Source of the DNA: a virus
IMG/VR virus record: IMGVR_UViG_3300000976_000006
Coordinates: 1 to 43,146 of that record
Length of the DNA: 43,146 nt
Direction: 5' to 3' (one strand)
Shown here: in pieces, positions 1 to 8,873 of the stretch
Layout: each line of letters begins with the position of its first letter
How positions within the stretch are numbered: the first letter of the stretch is position 1
Made by a program: the position numbers and the translations under genes
The notes under the pieces: generated by a model
The model's input: the letters and a program-made list of their open reading frames with translations, nothing else
What the model was told of the DNA's origin: nothing
Database searches by the model: none

Positions 1-49
1 CCCCGGTGCGATATGCGCCAGTCTGAACTTGAAATTCAAAAGATGAATT
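1..49. repeat. 49-bp terminal duplication, identical to 43098..43146 (closure overlap of a circular or circularly permuted genome)
   Basis: ccccggtgcgatatgcgccagtctgaacttgaaattcaaaagatgaatt occurs at both ends. A minus-strand ORF stays in frame across the junction. Confidence 0.95.
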
Positions 50-955
50 CGTTCCGTTTAAGGGCTGAACCTGGTCCCCAACGGTGAAAGAGAACTCTCT
101 CATATCGAAATTGTTTGTCCTGGTGACGGTGCCGTATTCCTCGATGAATAGGTTTGAACCAGCGACTGTGCAGGGCGTTGGGCAGGTTGAAGCTGTGATT
201 CCGGTGAACGGAAAAGGTTCGTCCATAGGTTCCCAGTATGCGACTGAAAGCGTGACTGTAAGTGTTGGTATCTGTCCCGTTGAAAGGTTGTTAAACGAGT
301 ACGAAGTGGGAACACACCCATGGCAGCGCCACTGGCCATTGCTGGTGCCTAGCCAAAGTCTAAATGACTGAACAGGATCGTTGCAGCTGTCAGAAATCGG
401 ATAGAAAGTTCTGCCAGAGTGAAATACGTCTCCTGTTGTTGGAACTCCTGCAAGTCCTGTCTCAAGCTGGATAATGCCACCGCCCTCGTTTGAGCTAGCT
501 ACAAAAGCACCGCCGGCAGCGCCGTCTCCAGGCGCCCCGACCTTAATGAGGCTGCCATTAAAGAAAGGTGTTGCTGCAACGATTCCTGGTACGTCGGGTG
601 TGCCAGTTCCGTCGGCTGTTGTTGCTGCGAGGTTTTGAGTAAGGCCACCGATAACGCCTTGAAGGAACCTCTGCTGGTCGGTTATTGCTGGTAGGGCGCC
701 AGTTGCTGTGTCACCCAATCCGCCGAGATACATTTCAAGCTGAATTTGGCCGCCTTTTGCTTGTCGTATGCTTGGGCACCGACCGTGTTTGAATGCCGAA
801 ACTGTAGCGTTCTCCTCAGTAGGCCAGGTAAGACCGCTTGGGTCAAACGGGGCAATAAGTGAAAGCCCGTATTGGACTGTGTTTACGTTTTCAGCGAAGG
901 AACCTTCGAAGTCCCAGGCAACGCCTTGTATGTTTGATGGTTTTGCTGTGCTCAT
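1..955 (-). CDS. major tail (tube) protein candidate, 5' part of a junction-spanning gene (complement join 42814..43097,1..955; 412 aa)
   Basis: ATG at 955-953 overlaps the TGA of the upstream ORF (ATGA), and a GGGGGA Shine-Dalgarno lies 7 nt upstream. I checked every codon from 955 to 1 in this frame and found no stop. It continues in frame into ORF 42814..43086. It sits immediately upstream of the G/T chaperone pair and tape measure. The track misses it because it has no stop inside this end of the window. Confidence 0.65.
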   Translation of the reverse strand, partial: MSTAKPSNIQGVAWDFEGSFAENVNTVQYGLSLIAPFDPSGLTWPTEENATVSAFKHGRCPSIRQAKGGQIQLEMYLGGLGDTATGALPAITDQQRFLQGVIGGLTQNLAATTADGTGTPDVPGIVAATPFFNGSLIKVGAPGDGAAGGAFVASSNEGGGIIQLETGLAGVPTTGDVFHSGRTFYPISDSCNDPVQSFRLWLGTSNGQWRCHGCVPTSYSFNNLSTGQIPTLTVTLSVAYWEPMDEPFPFTGITASTCPTPCTVAGSNLFIEEYGTVTRTNNFDMREFSFTVGDQVQPLNGTNSSFEFQVQTGAYRTG

Positions 956-1440
956 GATGTTATCCCCCGTCGTCTGAATTGAAAGTTATAAGTGGTGTTT
1001 AGGATTACGACCTCTTCGAAGTCGTCTCTGTTGGATGTAGAGAGTTGGATCTTGTGAACTCCGTCAGGCCAGTTCTGAAAACCCAAAAGCCCTATAGCCA
1101 AATCAATCTGGTGTTGGTCGCATTCCATGCAGTCCTCCAGGTCTCTATAGTTGTTGATCCCGTAGATACCCATTTGTGTTGGGTAGGCGACTCTGACCGT
1201 GAATGTCTGTTCGGTGTCCAGGCCGCTCGTGCTGGTTACAAACGCTGGTATCAGATCGAGGTTGTTTATGATTGTGAACCTCCTCAAAGACGCGCCAGGG
1301 TTTTGCTGAGCCCAGAGGCCAAACTCAATCTCATCAAGTGCAGACCTAAAGTTAACGTCGCAGTTTCTTTCGGGGATTAATTCCTCGATTGCGCACATCA
1401 GTGATGGCCGGACTTCAGAGAATTTGGTCGTGCAGGTCAT
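952..1440 (-). CDS. hypothetical virion protein, tail terminator / head-tail joining candidate by position (162 aa)
   Basis: Translationally coupled on both sides (4-nt overlaps). It is the last ORF before the major tail gene. No motif recognised. Confidence 0.55.
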   Translation of the reverse strand: MTCTTKFSEVRPSLMCAIEELIPERNCDVNFRSALDEIEFGLWAQQNPGASLRRFTIINNLDLIPAFVTSTSGLDTEQTFTVRVAYPTQMGIYGINNYRDLEDCMECDQHQIDLAIGLLGFQNWPDGVHKIQLSTSNRDDFEEVVILNTTYNFQFRRRGITS

Positions 1441-2372
1441 CTTCTGAGAATCGGAATCCTTTTCGTTTCGTCCTTGCCGCCATCTCCGTCTGAATCATAG
1501 GCGGCTGATGCGTTGTTTATGTATCCGTCAAAACGTTCGTTGTAGATATCCCTAACCAAATCAACTGCAGTGGGATCGATGGGTGCGCCGGAAAGAATCC
1601 TGGACTGAATACCAAGATAAGCCGTCTTGTGAATCACAAGGTCGTCGATGACCTCTTGATTCCTATAGAGCTGATCAGCGCGGCCAGAGCGAAACATGTC
1701 GAGCTTCACCTGTCTGTATGCCTCCGAAATAAGCTCGTGGGCTCCTTCTCTGTACCTTGTGGACAGTGAATCAGAAAAGCCATTAAAAACCCTATCAACG
1801 TCGTTGATGGTCACAGTGTGCCTGCTGCTATAGCGGACCAAGTCAAAGTTGACGGCATGCACATACGTCTTGCAGTTGTGGACGTATTCGATTCGCCATC
1901 TATACCTTGGACCTATACTTTCCGGTCTAGCAAGACAGCTCTCATCGTTTATGAATCTGTGCGATAGAGGCTGATCTATCCTTGTACTAAATATTCTATC
2001 GCCAGGCTGGTAAGAATTGCGCATTGGCAGGCGTGCTTCGATAATGCTGGGTCTAACTTCCCTTGCTTCGACCCATTCACGCTCTCCCCCCGTATCAATC
2101 GCCAAGTATCGACGGCCAACAATGAATCCAGTGCTGTCGTCCACTCTAGCGATTCGAGCGTTTTTCTCTCGGTCGCCTGACAATGCGCTAAAAGTTGTTG
2201 AAATATTTTGACACAGAGCAGTGCCTGCTGTCGCTCTAACAGGCTCGGCATCATCTCCGTAGCAATTTTCAAACACCTCTGAGGATGTGATTGAGCTAGG
2301 TATGCCTTCGGGGGCATCAAAGTACAGCGATTGATGTGCTGCTCTAAATATGATGTCGATGTTTTCAATCAT
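1437..2372 (-). CDS. hypothetical structural protein (311 aa), connector/neck region
   Basis: Long ORF in the late operon, with 4-nt overlaps to both neighbours. No motif recognised. Confidence 0.6.
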   Translation of the reverse strand: MIENIDIIFRAAHQSLYFDAPEGIPSSITSSEVFENCYGDDAEPVRATAGTALCQNISTTFSALSGDREKNARIARVDDSTGFIVGRRYLAIDTGGEREWVEAREVRPSIIEARLPMRNSYQPGDRIFSTRIDQPLSHRFINDESCLARPESIGPRYRWRIEYVHNCKTYVHAVNFDLVRYSSRHTVTINDVDRVFNGFSDSLSTRYREGAHELISEAYRQVKLDMFRSGRADQLYRNQEVIDDLVIHKTAYLGIQSRILSGAPIDPTAVDLVRDIYNERFDGYINNASAAYDSDGDGGKDETKRIPILRR

Positions 2373-2938
2373 CTAACCCACCATGGTCCCATTTTTCCTG
2401 TGGACCGGTCGCAAATGTCCTCAACCAGCCTTTGCAAGATACGAGCGCAATCAACATCGTTCTTCCCGTAAAAAGGATTCATGTACTTCTTGGAATACCT
2501 GAACATCTTGTAATTCAAGTAAGCAATCCAAAACTCGGTAGCAAGTTTGGGCGTCTCGCTGAACTGGCACTTCTCTCGAATGTCCTTGGTTGAATCCATG
2601 ACAATCCTTGAGCATTCGTCGGCGGGTGCGATGATTCGCTCAATCCTAGCCCACGCTGCCACTGCGCGCTTGTCCATCTTGTGGAACGGCTTGTCTGTGA
2701 GAATATCTAAATTGCGCTTGCGCTTCTTGACTGTGCCGCCCTTGGTTAAGTCGACGGGCTTAGGGTCGATGGTTCTCTTGGGTTTACTTTCGATTTCCCG
2801 AGCGAGCACATCGTCTTTCCTCAGCCTTTTAAGAGCAACGGCTTCAACCTCTGACTCGGTCAGAACTTTGCCCGTTTGTTTGGACTCGGCTCTAACCTCG
2901 TCGAGGTAGATGCCTTTTAGGTTCTGACTATTCGGCAT
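2369..2938 (-). CDS. hypothetical structural protein (189 aa), basic
   Basis: ORF in the late operon between capsid and tail genes. Confidence 0.55.
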   Translation of the reverse strand: MPNSQNLKGIYLDEVRAESKQTGKVLTESEVEAVALKRLRKDDVLAREIESKPKRTIDPKPVDLTKGGTVKKRKRNLDILTDKPFHKMDKRAVAAWARIERIIAPADECSRIVMDSTKDIREKCQFSETPKLATEFWIAYLNYKMFRYSKKYMNPFYGKNDVDCARILQRLVEDICDRSTGKMGPWWVR

Positions 2939-3503
2939 CGCCTCCGCCGCTCTTGTTCATGTTGTCGATTAGATCAACAAGCTTCTCGTTAAGAGTCTGC
3001 TGGGATTCAAGCATCTTGTCTGATGTTTGTTTAAATTTTTGCTTACGCTTATCATAGGCATTTGAGTGCACTGCTGACCTGGCGTTACGTTCTGTGATGG
3101 CGCATTCGCACGGCTTCTTTTCAGAACAATCCGTGGCCATACAACCTTTGCCTTTTTCGACCTTCTTTTGGTTTTCGGCGCAAAGGTCATCGGCTTTGAT
3201 ATCTCCTGCAATCGCCATTGTCACCGGGCAGCTTCCTAGTGGAAACCACCCAAGCTGCCTCCATTGCTCTTGCATGTAAATTGAATAAGAGCTGTTCTTG
3301 TTAAGAAGAGCACTGTGATTAGTCAACGGAGCCGGAACAACATGGCCGGAAGCCCTTACCATACGCACCCAACGTCTAAAACGACCGCCACCTGCTGTTT
3401 TAGGGATCCGCTGGAGATTAATTTCTCCGTCCTCTCCCTTAACTCTTTCAAGCGGCGTCCTCCCGTTCATGTAGTCGCCTGCGTTTGTGTAAAGTCCTGC
3501 CAT
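2928..3503 (-). CDS. hypothetical capsid-associated protein (191 aa) with a Cys cluster CMATDCSEKKPCEC
   Basis: ORF directly downstream of the major capsid gene. Function unknown. Confidence 0.55.
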   Translation of the reverse strand: MAGLYTNAGDYMNGRTPLERVKGEDGEINLQRIPKTAGGGRFRRWVRMVRASGHVVPAPLTNHSALLNKNSSYSIYMQEQWRQLGWFPLGSCPVTMAIAGDIKADDLCAENQKKVEKGKGCMATDCSEKKPCECAITERNARSAVHSNAYDKRKQKFKQTSDKMLESQQTLNEKLVDLIDNMNKSGGGDAE

Positions 3504-3523
3504 GTTATTCCTTTCCGTATTAA

Positions 3524-4480
3524 TTAGGCGCCAGTGATGATTGGTACACCGGTCATTCCGTGGTGCACGCCTGGAGCCATTCTTGTTGTAAGAACGAGTT
3601 CGGTTGAGCGTCGTCTGATATTTCTATCTGTTTCAAAACGAGGTGCTCGCTTGATCACGTTGGCAAAAGTAGATTTTGACTCACCAGCTGATGGTGGGCA
3701 GAAAATAGCGCCGATTTCTGAATCTCCGCCGTTAACCTGAGCGTTGATTCCAGTGACATAGACTGGGTAACCTCGGTACGACATGATCATACGAGACTCG
3801 TCAAGACCGTTTCCAGCGTCTGGTTGAGACCTCATGAACCTATCAGCGCCAGCTTCGTAAACGTGCCCCGCGCCAGTTGCTTTAAGTTCAGCTTCTAAAT
3901 CTTCGCCTTGCTTGTGATTAAGAACGATTACGAGAGACCCTGTTACGAGCCCCTGCCGTCTCAAGAAAGCAATAGCTGTATCCAAATCGTCGCTGCTTGC
4001 AGCTGCACTTGGTGTGCCGACTGGAGGATTAGGCAGTGTTGCGAAAAGGTCAGAAAAATCCTTTGCCCAAGCAAGAGCCAAAGCAAACGCATACCGGTCT
4101 CTAACTTGAGAGAAGAGGTCGATTGCTCCGATTGTATCTTCCTGCGCATCGTCGCTCACTTCTGCTGCAATGCCATATTCGCCGACCCCAAGGTCGAAGT
4201 TTGCGCTGCCCATTTGGGTGTTAGCGATGACGCTAAGCTCGGTTTCGTCGTATGCGGTATCCACTGCAACGCCGTCATCGTCTGGTGTTCCGTAGATAGG
4301 TGCCGTATTCCAGGATTGGATGTTTACAGTGTTACGGTTCTGGTTAGAGATGTCGTATTGTCTAGACCACTGCATTGGAAGTGCTTGCTCACGAAGCTCC
4401 TCAAGAATGATTGGTCCCATGAACCCTGCAGAAACAAATGAGTCCACAGAGTTGAATTGATTTGCTATTTCATTAGCCAT
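3524..4480 (-). CDS. major capsid protein candidate (318 aa)
   Basis: Its position after portal and scaffold, and its size, are typical of HK97-fold capsid proteins. An AAGAG-type RBS precedes ATG 4480. There is no motif-level proof. Confidence 0.7.
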   Translation of the reverse strand: MANEIANQFNSVDSFVSAGFMGPIILEELREQALPMQWSRQYDISNQNRNTVNIQSWNTAPIYGTPDDDGVAVDTAYDETELSVIANTQMGSANFDLGVGEYGIAAEVSDDAQEDTIGAIDLFSQVRDRYAFALALAWAKDFSDLFATLPNPPVGTPSAAASSDDLDTAIAFLRRQGLVTGSLVIVLNHKQGEDLEAELKATGAGHVYEAGADRFMRSQPDAGNGLDESRMIMSYRGYPVYVTGINAQVNGGDSEIGAIFCPPSAGESKSTFANVIKRAPRFETDRNIRRRSTELVLTTRMAPGVHHGMTGVPIITGA

Positions 4481-4486
4481 AATTGA

Positions 4487-5128
4487 TTACTCTTTCGATA
4501 TTTTCAGAGCAACACCAGGTCCGTGTCGTTTGATGCTTTCTTTGGCCATCTTCACGAATGCTTTTTTGCCGTGACGCCTTTGATAGTCGTTGCACCAGTC
4601 TTTTGAACGGTGCCATACGGGAATATCGTCGGTGTCACGGTGTCTAGTCATTGCTGGGAGTCCTCCATCAGACGACGGCGTTGGGTTTGCTCTTTTTGGT
4701 TGTTCGGTTTTGACTTCTTCCCTAGAAACTCCGAACTGCTTAGCTAAGTCGGTGATGAAATCGCCAACGTCGTCGACGTCTTGCTTTTCAATCAAACTCC
4801 GAACCAAATCCTCTTGAGACTCACTAAAGCCTGCCCTGTTGATTGCTCGCCCAATCTTTCTCTCTCGATTTAAGATTGCTTGGACGTCGACGCCGGTTTG
4901 ACTTGGCGCTGCTTTGGGTTCTGATTTCACTTTGGGCTCGGGTGCACTTTGCGTTCGCATCATGCTTGCCTGCACCTTCTTGAAATTGCCCATCATGGTT
5001 TTAGCTATTTTCTCGCCGAATTCTTCTAGCTGATCTGCAGTCACATAGGATGGTTGTTGCGACTCGGCGTCAGTCTGCATTTCGCCCGTTTGCGTTTCAT
5101 CTATCGATGTTTCTTGGTCTTCAGTCAC
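4487..5128 (-). CDS. scaffolding protein candidate (213 aa)
   Basis: Acidic N-terminus and charged, helical composition, located between the portal and capsid genes. The GTG start overlaps the portal stop by 1 nt (TAGTG). Confidence 0.55.
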   Translation of the reverse strand: MTEDQETSIDETQTGEMQTDAESQQPSYVTADQLEEFGEKIAKTMMGNFKKVQASMMRTQSAPEPKVKSEPKAAPSQTGVDVQAILNRERKIGRAINRAGFSESQEDLVRSLIEKQDVDDVGDFITDLAKQFGVSREEVKTEQPKRANPTPSSDGGLPAMTRHRDTDDIPVWHRSKDWCNDYQRRHGKKAFVKMAKESIKRHGPGVALKISKE

Positions 5129-6678
5129 TATTCATTCTCCTGTAATCGACCATCTAAGCTGTCGTCGCTTTGTAGGCGCCCGTTAACCTCGGCGTCAGGT
5201 TGTTGTTCGCCCGTTGAGTTCGGCGGCGTCCCTCCAAAAACAGCCCCTGAAATTTCATTCAATGGCCGTTGTAAAACTGCTCTAAAGATTTCATCGTTGA
5301 TGTTCTCTTGGATGATTTCCTCTGCCTGACACCTGTCAATGTCTGGGTTAGATTGCGTGATGTGATTGACAGTTGAAGTAAGGCTTAACTTTCTTGCCCT
5401 CTCGAACTGCTCAAGTTGCTGCATAACCCCACGAGGTGTTTGTGGGTCTGCAAATTCTATGCTCCAGCCCTCTGTTTCAAATGCGTACTGAGGTGCATCC
5501 TTCAACATAACTAGCCTTTGAACTTCGGCCAGCTCTCTTTCGAACTCTCTTAGCGGTGCTTGCTGTTCAAGCCTTAGCTCTCGAATGGGCACTCGCATCA
5601 AGTCTCTCGCCTCGGCACTTTGAACCCCTTGATGTCTTAAAACGCCTGAGCTGATTCCGTAATTGGATGCGACCGTGTCTAGAATGTGATTGGCGGTGCT
5701 AGTAAAAAGACTCAAGTCCATCGACATGTCCCTAACTTCTGCGACCGTCCCCTCCGGTAGCTCTGCCGCTAGCTCTGTATCTATCGATTGATTTCTTAGT
5801 GCTGGGGTCAGATCGCCAGCGAGGAATACCTGTTTATTTGCCGACTTCGTCTCTTTCATCAGGCATGTATTCGTAAACCAAATCGCCTCTTGTGCTCGGA
5901 TTAGGTCTTGACCGGCTTGACCAGGAAAAAGGCTTCCCGTGTCCTCCTCTAGACGGAGAAGTACAAGCGGCATCCGGCCTATCTCATGTTCAACAATCTC
6001 AAGGAATCTCCCATCTTCGTCCAGGTAGGCTTTCTCCGCGTTAGTCCAGAGGACATACTTTGGAGTCATGGCGTCTTTGCGCCCTGAGACACCTTTGATT
6101 TCAATCAACGCGCCTTCGAGCCTGGTGGGGTCCTTTGGTGATGTGATCAGACCTGCAATTTCAGCTGGGGTGATTATATCAAACACGGGTTGTGCGATCG
6201 GGGAAGCTAAAGAGCCGATGTTTCTAACTCTAACGCCCACTAAAATTGTTCTATGCAGGTTGCTTAAACGGTTCCATTGCCGGGACCGTTCGTGTTGCCT
6301 CATTAGTACTTGAAGTTCTGAGTATCGTTTGTTGTTCTCATCTCCTTCAACGTGACGCACAGCAGGCTCTTGGTAAACTGTGCTTCTTTCGTTAACTATT
6401 CTCCTAACGACATTGTTGAAGCCCGCAACGTTAACCCATTGTTCACGTAAATCTTGAACGCATGGGTCTTTAATTACCTTTTCAATGAGCTCACGCATGT
6501 AAAGCTCTCCGCCGTCCTGGTACATCTCTTGACGCTTACGGTGTCTTCGAACCCGTTGCTGTTCGACCTCGTTCTCTATGATGTTTTCACGAATATATAA
6601 AGAGACCTCATCAAGATTTAGACGTTCTCCTATGCCAAAAACGCTGTCGCCAAGAATGTCGCAAATGCCTAGAGTCAT
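5128..6678 (-). CDS. portal protein (516 aa)
   Basis: Size and position immediately after large terminase. ATG 6678-6676 overlaps the terL TGA 6677-6675 (ATGA), so I prefer it to the track start at 6714. Confidence 0.75.
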   Translation of the reverse strand: MTLGICDILGDSVFGIGERLNLDEVSLYIRENIIENEVEQQRVRRHRKRQEMYQDGGELYMRELIEKVIKDPCVQDLREQWVNVAGFNNVVRRIVNERSTVYQEPAVRHVEGDENNKRYSELQVLMRQHERSRQWNRLSNLHRTILVGVRVRNIGSLASPIAQPVFDIITPAEIAGLITSPKDPTRLEGALIEIKGVSGRKDAMTPKYVLWTNAEKAYLDEDGRFLEIVEHEIGRMPLVLLRLEEDTGSLFPGQAGQDLIRAQEAIWFTNTCLMKETKSANKQVFLAGDLTPALRNQSIDTELAAELPEGTVAEVRDMSMDLSLFTSTANHILDTVASNYGISSGVLRHQGVQSAEARDLMRVPIRELRLEQQAPLREFERELAEVQRLVMLKDAPQYAFETEGWSIEFADPQTPRGVMQQLEQFERARKLSLTSTVNHITQSNPDIDRCQAEEIIQENINDEIFRAVLQRPLNEISGAVFGGTPPNSTGEQQPDAEVNGRLQSDDSLDGRLQENE

Positions 6679-8339
6679 CCTAACTCCTTCATTCGAGGCT
6701 TCTCTAGACCCCACAATGCGTATCTCAAAGCAGCCGTATAATGGGAAAGGTCTTTTGCTGTGCCCTTCTTCTCGTTCTCAGCTTTTCCTGCTGCGTCGCG
6801 TTCTGAAAGTTCGATGCTCTCTAAAGTTTTTTTGGCTTTTACAGTGCCGTTTTCATCCAAAGCTACGAAAAGTTTTCTCGTGCCGTTGACGTTGCAGAAC
6901 AATCGGCAAACCATTTCAATTCCAGCTTCCTTACTGATGGTCGCTGGCTTGCCTGTCTTGTTGCTATACGCAGCAGCCTTTATCTGAATGCCTGCTTTTC
7001 TAAACTGTGTATAAACTGTTCGATCTGTGGAGTTGTCGTTTGCCCTGTCGCCGTAGGGGTCCGCTCTAACATGAACCAATGGCGACCCTTGCTCTGGCCG
7101 CCCACGCCTATCGACTAAGTTACATCCGTAGTCTCTTCTAACCTTCGTCAAGAGTTCTCTGATGTGTTTTTCTGTCGTGCCGTGAGTAACTACTTCGTCC
7201 ACTATGTACCAAGCAAAGTCATCATCAGCTTGACGTCTGTACGCTTTCAGGAAAACGGACGAGTTAACGCTTAGGCCCGGATCGAAACCGATAAGCAGAT
7301 TTGCCCCTGCGCAGTTATGGGAGAGGACTTGTGACGTGACGTCTCTGGCTCCTCTTACAGGTATTGCGCGCAGGTTCTTGACCTTGTCAAAGGTTGAATA
7401 AACCATTGCCTCGGGAGAAACGTCCATAGCCAACGCACGTCGCTGCCATTCGCGCTCTGTGCACTCTTCTTTCAGCATCTTCCAGTGTGAGTCATGAACA
7501 AACGGAGTTTCGGTGTACTTGATTCTCTCAATGCTCCAGTTGTCTGAGAGTTCACCTCTCCATGTTCTCCATGCTGCATTATCTTTCGCCGTCGCGCTGC
7601 CAACAATCTGAGATCGCTTTGCAGCTCTTAGCCTTGCCGCTATATCGTGATAGGCCTCTGTGCAGTCTTGAAGCTCGTCGATAATCGCGCCAAGCCAAGA
7701 GTAGCCTTGGATTGCCGAGCCGGTTGCCGCACTCTGCATCTTGGTAGACCTAAGTTGAATGGTGTGCCCACTCTTGGTTACGATGTCCGATGCGTCTGTA
7801 AAGTAGGTTCCCCAGGAGCCTGGTATCGGATTTCTTGCTGCACCGACTGGCGCAAGGTCTGTCATTGCCTTCTTAAGAGTTCCAAGGCGCTTGTGAGTTG
7901 GTGCAAGTGCCCCGATGGATCCGGGCTGGCCTTTCGCTGTGACATTCATGATGAATATCCAGGCCAGCATTCCCATCAGGACGGTTTTCCCGCCACCTTC
8001 TGCAGAGTATAGGAGGGTGTTCTGGTTGGCGTTTTCGTCGAGAAACATTTCTATGATTCCTCGCTGTCTTTCGCCGACGTACCAAACTCTATAGTTGTCG
8101 CAAGGCCCAACAAATCTCCTAGTGAGCGTGTCAAGCTTTCCCCCGAATCTGAGAGGTTCTGCGATTTCCACGACTTTGGGGAGCCCTGGCGTTGGTGCGC
8201 GCCCTTCTTCTGACTTTTTGACTGTTCGGATTTCAACACCGAAATCGATGTACCTGTCTCCGTCGCCACTAGTGAGTGTCTCGGCTTCCCTCTTTAGGGA
8301 GCGCAACTGGGTTTTCGAATGAGAGGTTGGCACCACCAA
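6675..8339 (-). CDS. terL: terminase large subunit
   Basis: Walker A-like YSAEGGGKTVL, Walker B-like GAIIDELQD, and a C-terminal nuclease-like segment (LIGFDPG). The start is uncertain: TTG at 8339 overlaps the upstream ORF by 71 nt, and GTG at 8171 is an alternative. Confidence 0.85.
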   Translation of the reverse strand: MVVPTSHSKTQLRSLKREAETLTSGDGDRYIDFGVEIRTVKKSEEGRAPTPGLPKVVEIAEPLRFGGKLDTLTRRFVGPCDNYRVWYVGERQRGIIEMFLDENANQNTLLYSAEGGGKTVLMGMLAWIFIMNVTAKGQPGSIGALAPTHKRLGTLKKAMTDLAPVGAARNPIPGSWGTYFTDASDIVTKSGHTIQLRSTKMQSAATGSAIQGYSWLGAIIDELQDCTEAYHDIAARLRAAKRSQIVGSATAKDNAAWRTWRGELSDNWSIERIKYTETPFVHDSHWKMLKEECTEREWQRRALAMDVSPEAMVYSTFDKVKNLRAIPVRGARDVTSQVLSHNCAGANLLIGFDPGLSVNSSVFLKAYRRQADDDFAWYIVDEVVTHGTTEKHIRELLTKVRRDYGCNLVDRRGRPEQGSPLVHVRADPYGDRANDNSTDRTVYTQFRKAGIQIKAAAYSNKTGKPATISKEAGIEMVCRLFCNVNGTRKLFVALDENGTVKAKKTLESIELSERDAAGKAENEKKGTAKDLSHYTAALRYALWGLEKPRMKELG

Positions 8340-8595
8340 AGTCCTGTTTGATAAGTTTCCTAGTGGCCCTAAGCTCCTTCTGAAGCTCTTCTAGGCCCTT
8401 GTCGTCGTCGCGCTTCTCCTGAAGGTCAGCAAACATCGCAATCACGTGTTTTCTTGACGTTAATGCGCTTACCTGGTCCCTTGTTCGAGGCTCCTTAAGC
8501 TCTTCGTTGATGGCTGCGAGTTCGTTCGCTAACCCGTTCGGGTCCATCAGAATCGCAGCTTCGGGAGATAAAGCTATTTTTCCGAGTTTACTCAA
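8269..8595 (-). CDS. small terminase subunit candidate (108 aa)
   Basis: Small helical ORF directly upstream of terL. TTG start, no clear RBS. The call is by position only. Confidence 0.4.
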   Translation of the reverse strand: MSKLGKIALSPEAAILMDPNGLANELAAINEELKEPRTRDQVSALTSRKHVIAMFADLQEKRDDDKGLEELQKELRATRKLIKQDFGGANLSFENPVALPKEGSRDTH

Positions 8596-8600
8596 AACTG

Positions 8601-8619
8601 CTTTTAGCGTTGCTAAAAG
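8601..8619. promoter_or_regulatory. perfect 8-3-8 palindrome CTTTTAGC-GTT-GCTAAAAG between the divergent late operon and the RHH gene (candidate operator)
   Basis: Read directly. It lies 6 nt upstream of the predicted first codon of the packaging operon. Confidence 0.4.
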
Positions 8620-8693
8620 TGCATGTAGGTTTCAAGCTGTCTTATGCTGTCATTAGAGACCTTGGGCCACCATTAATGCTAATGTGCATGAAT

Positions 8694-8873
8694 ATGGTAA
8701 CGGGGAAAAAAATAAGAAAAGTAACTCTGAGAATGTCCGAAGAAATGTACGGGGAAGCTCAGAAAATCGCAGACCGAAACGACATGACAGTGCCGAATAT
8801 TTTCAGGGTTGCATGTAGGAAGTTTTTAGGATGGCCAGCGCCAACCCTAGAAACTAAAGAAGCCTCGGAATAA
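8694..8873 (+). CDS. ribbon-helix-helix (Arc/CopG-like) DNA-binding protein (59 aa)
   Basis: RKVTLRMSEEMYGEAQKIADRNDMTVPNIFRVACRKFL fits a beta-strand/helix/helix RHH pattern. It is the lone plus-strand gene between two minus-strand operons. I prefer ATG 8694 to the track start at 8610. Confidence 0.6.
   Translation: MVTGKKIRKVTLRMSEEMYGEAQKIADRNDMTVPNIFRVACRKFLGWPAPTLETKEASE

Noticed and set aside
1-955. Interpreting the 412-aa junction gene as a contractile tail sheath and the 151-aa ORF as the tube
   Set aside because: The 151-aa and 138-aa ORFs are linked by a canonical G/T frameshift site, so they are the chaperone pair, which leaves no tube gene for a myovirus layout. No baseplate wedge or gp25/gpW-like genes follow the tape measure. 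The 412-aa length is large for a tube protein, so this remains a moderate-confidence call.
84-977. Track ORFs 84..371(+), 100..339(-) and 768..977(+)
   Set aside because: All lie inside the junction-spanning 412-aa minus-strand gene, in other frames or on the other strand. They have no initiation signals and are shadow ORFs.
6679-6714. 12-codon N-terminal extension of the portal ORF
   Set aside because: The internal ATG 6678 gives a 4-nt ATGA overlap with the terL stop. The extension would overlap terL by 40 nt.
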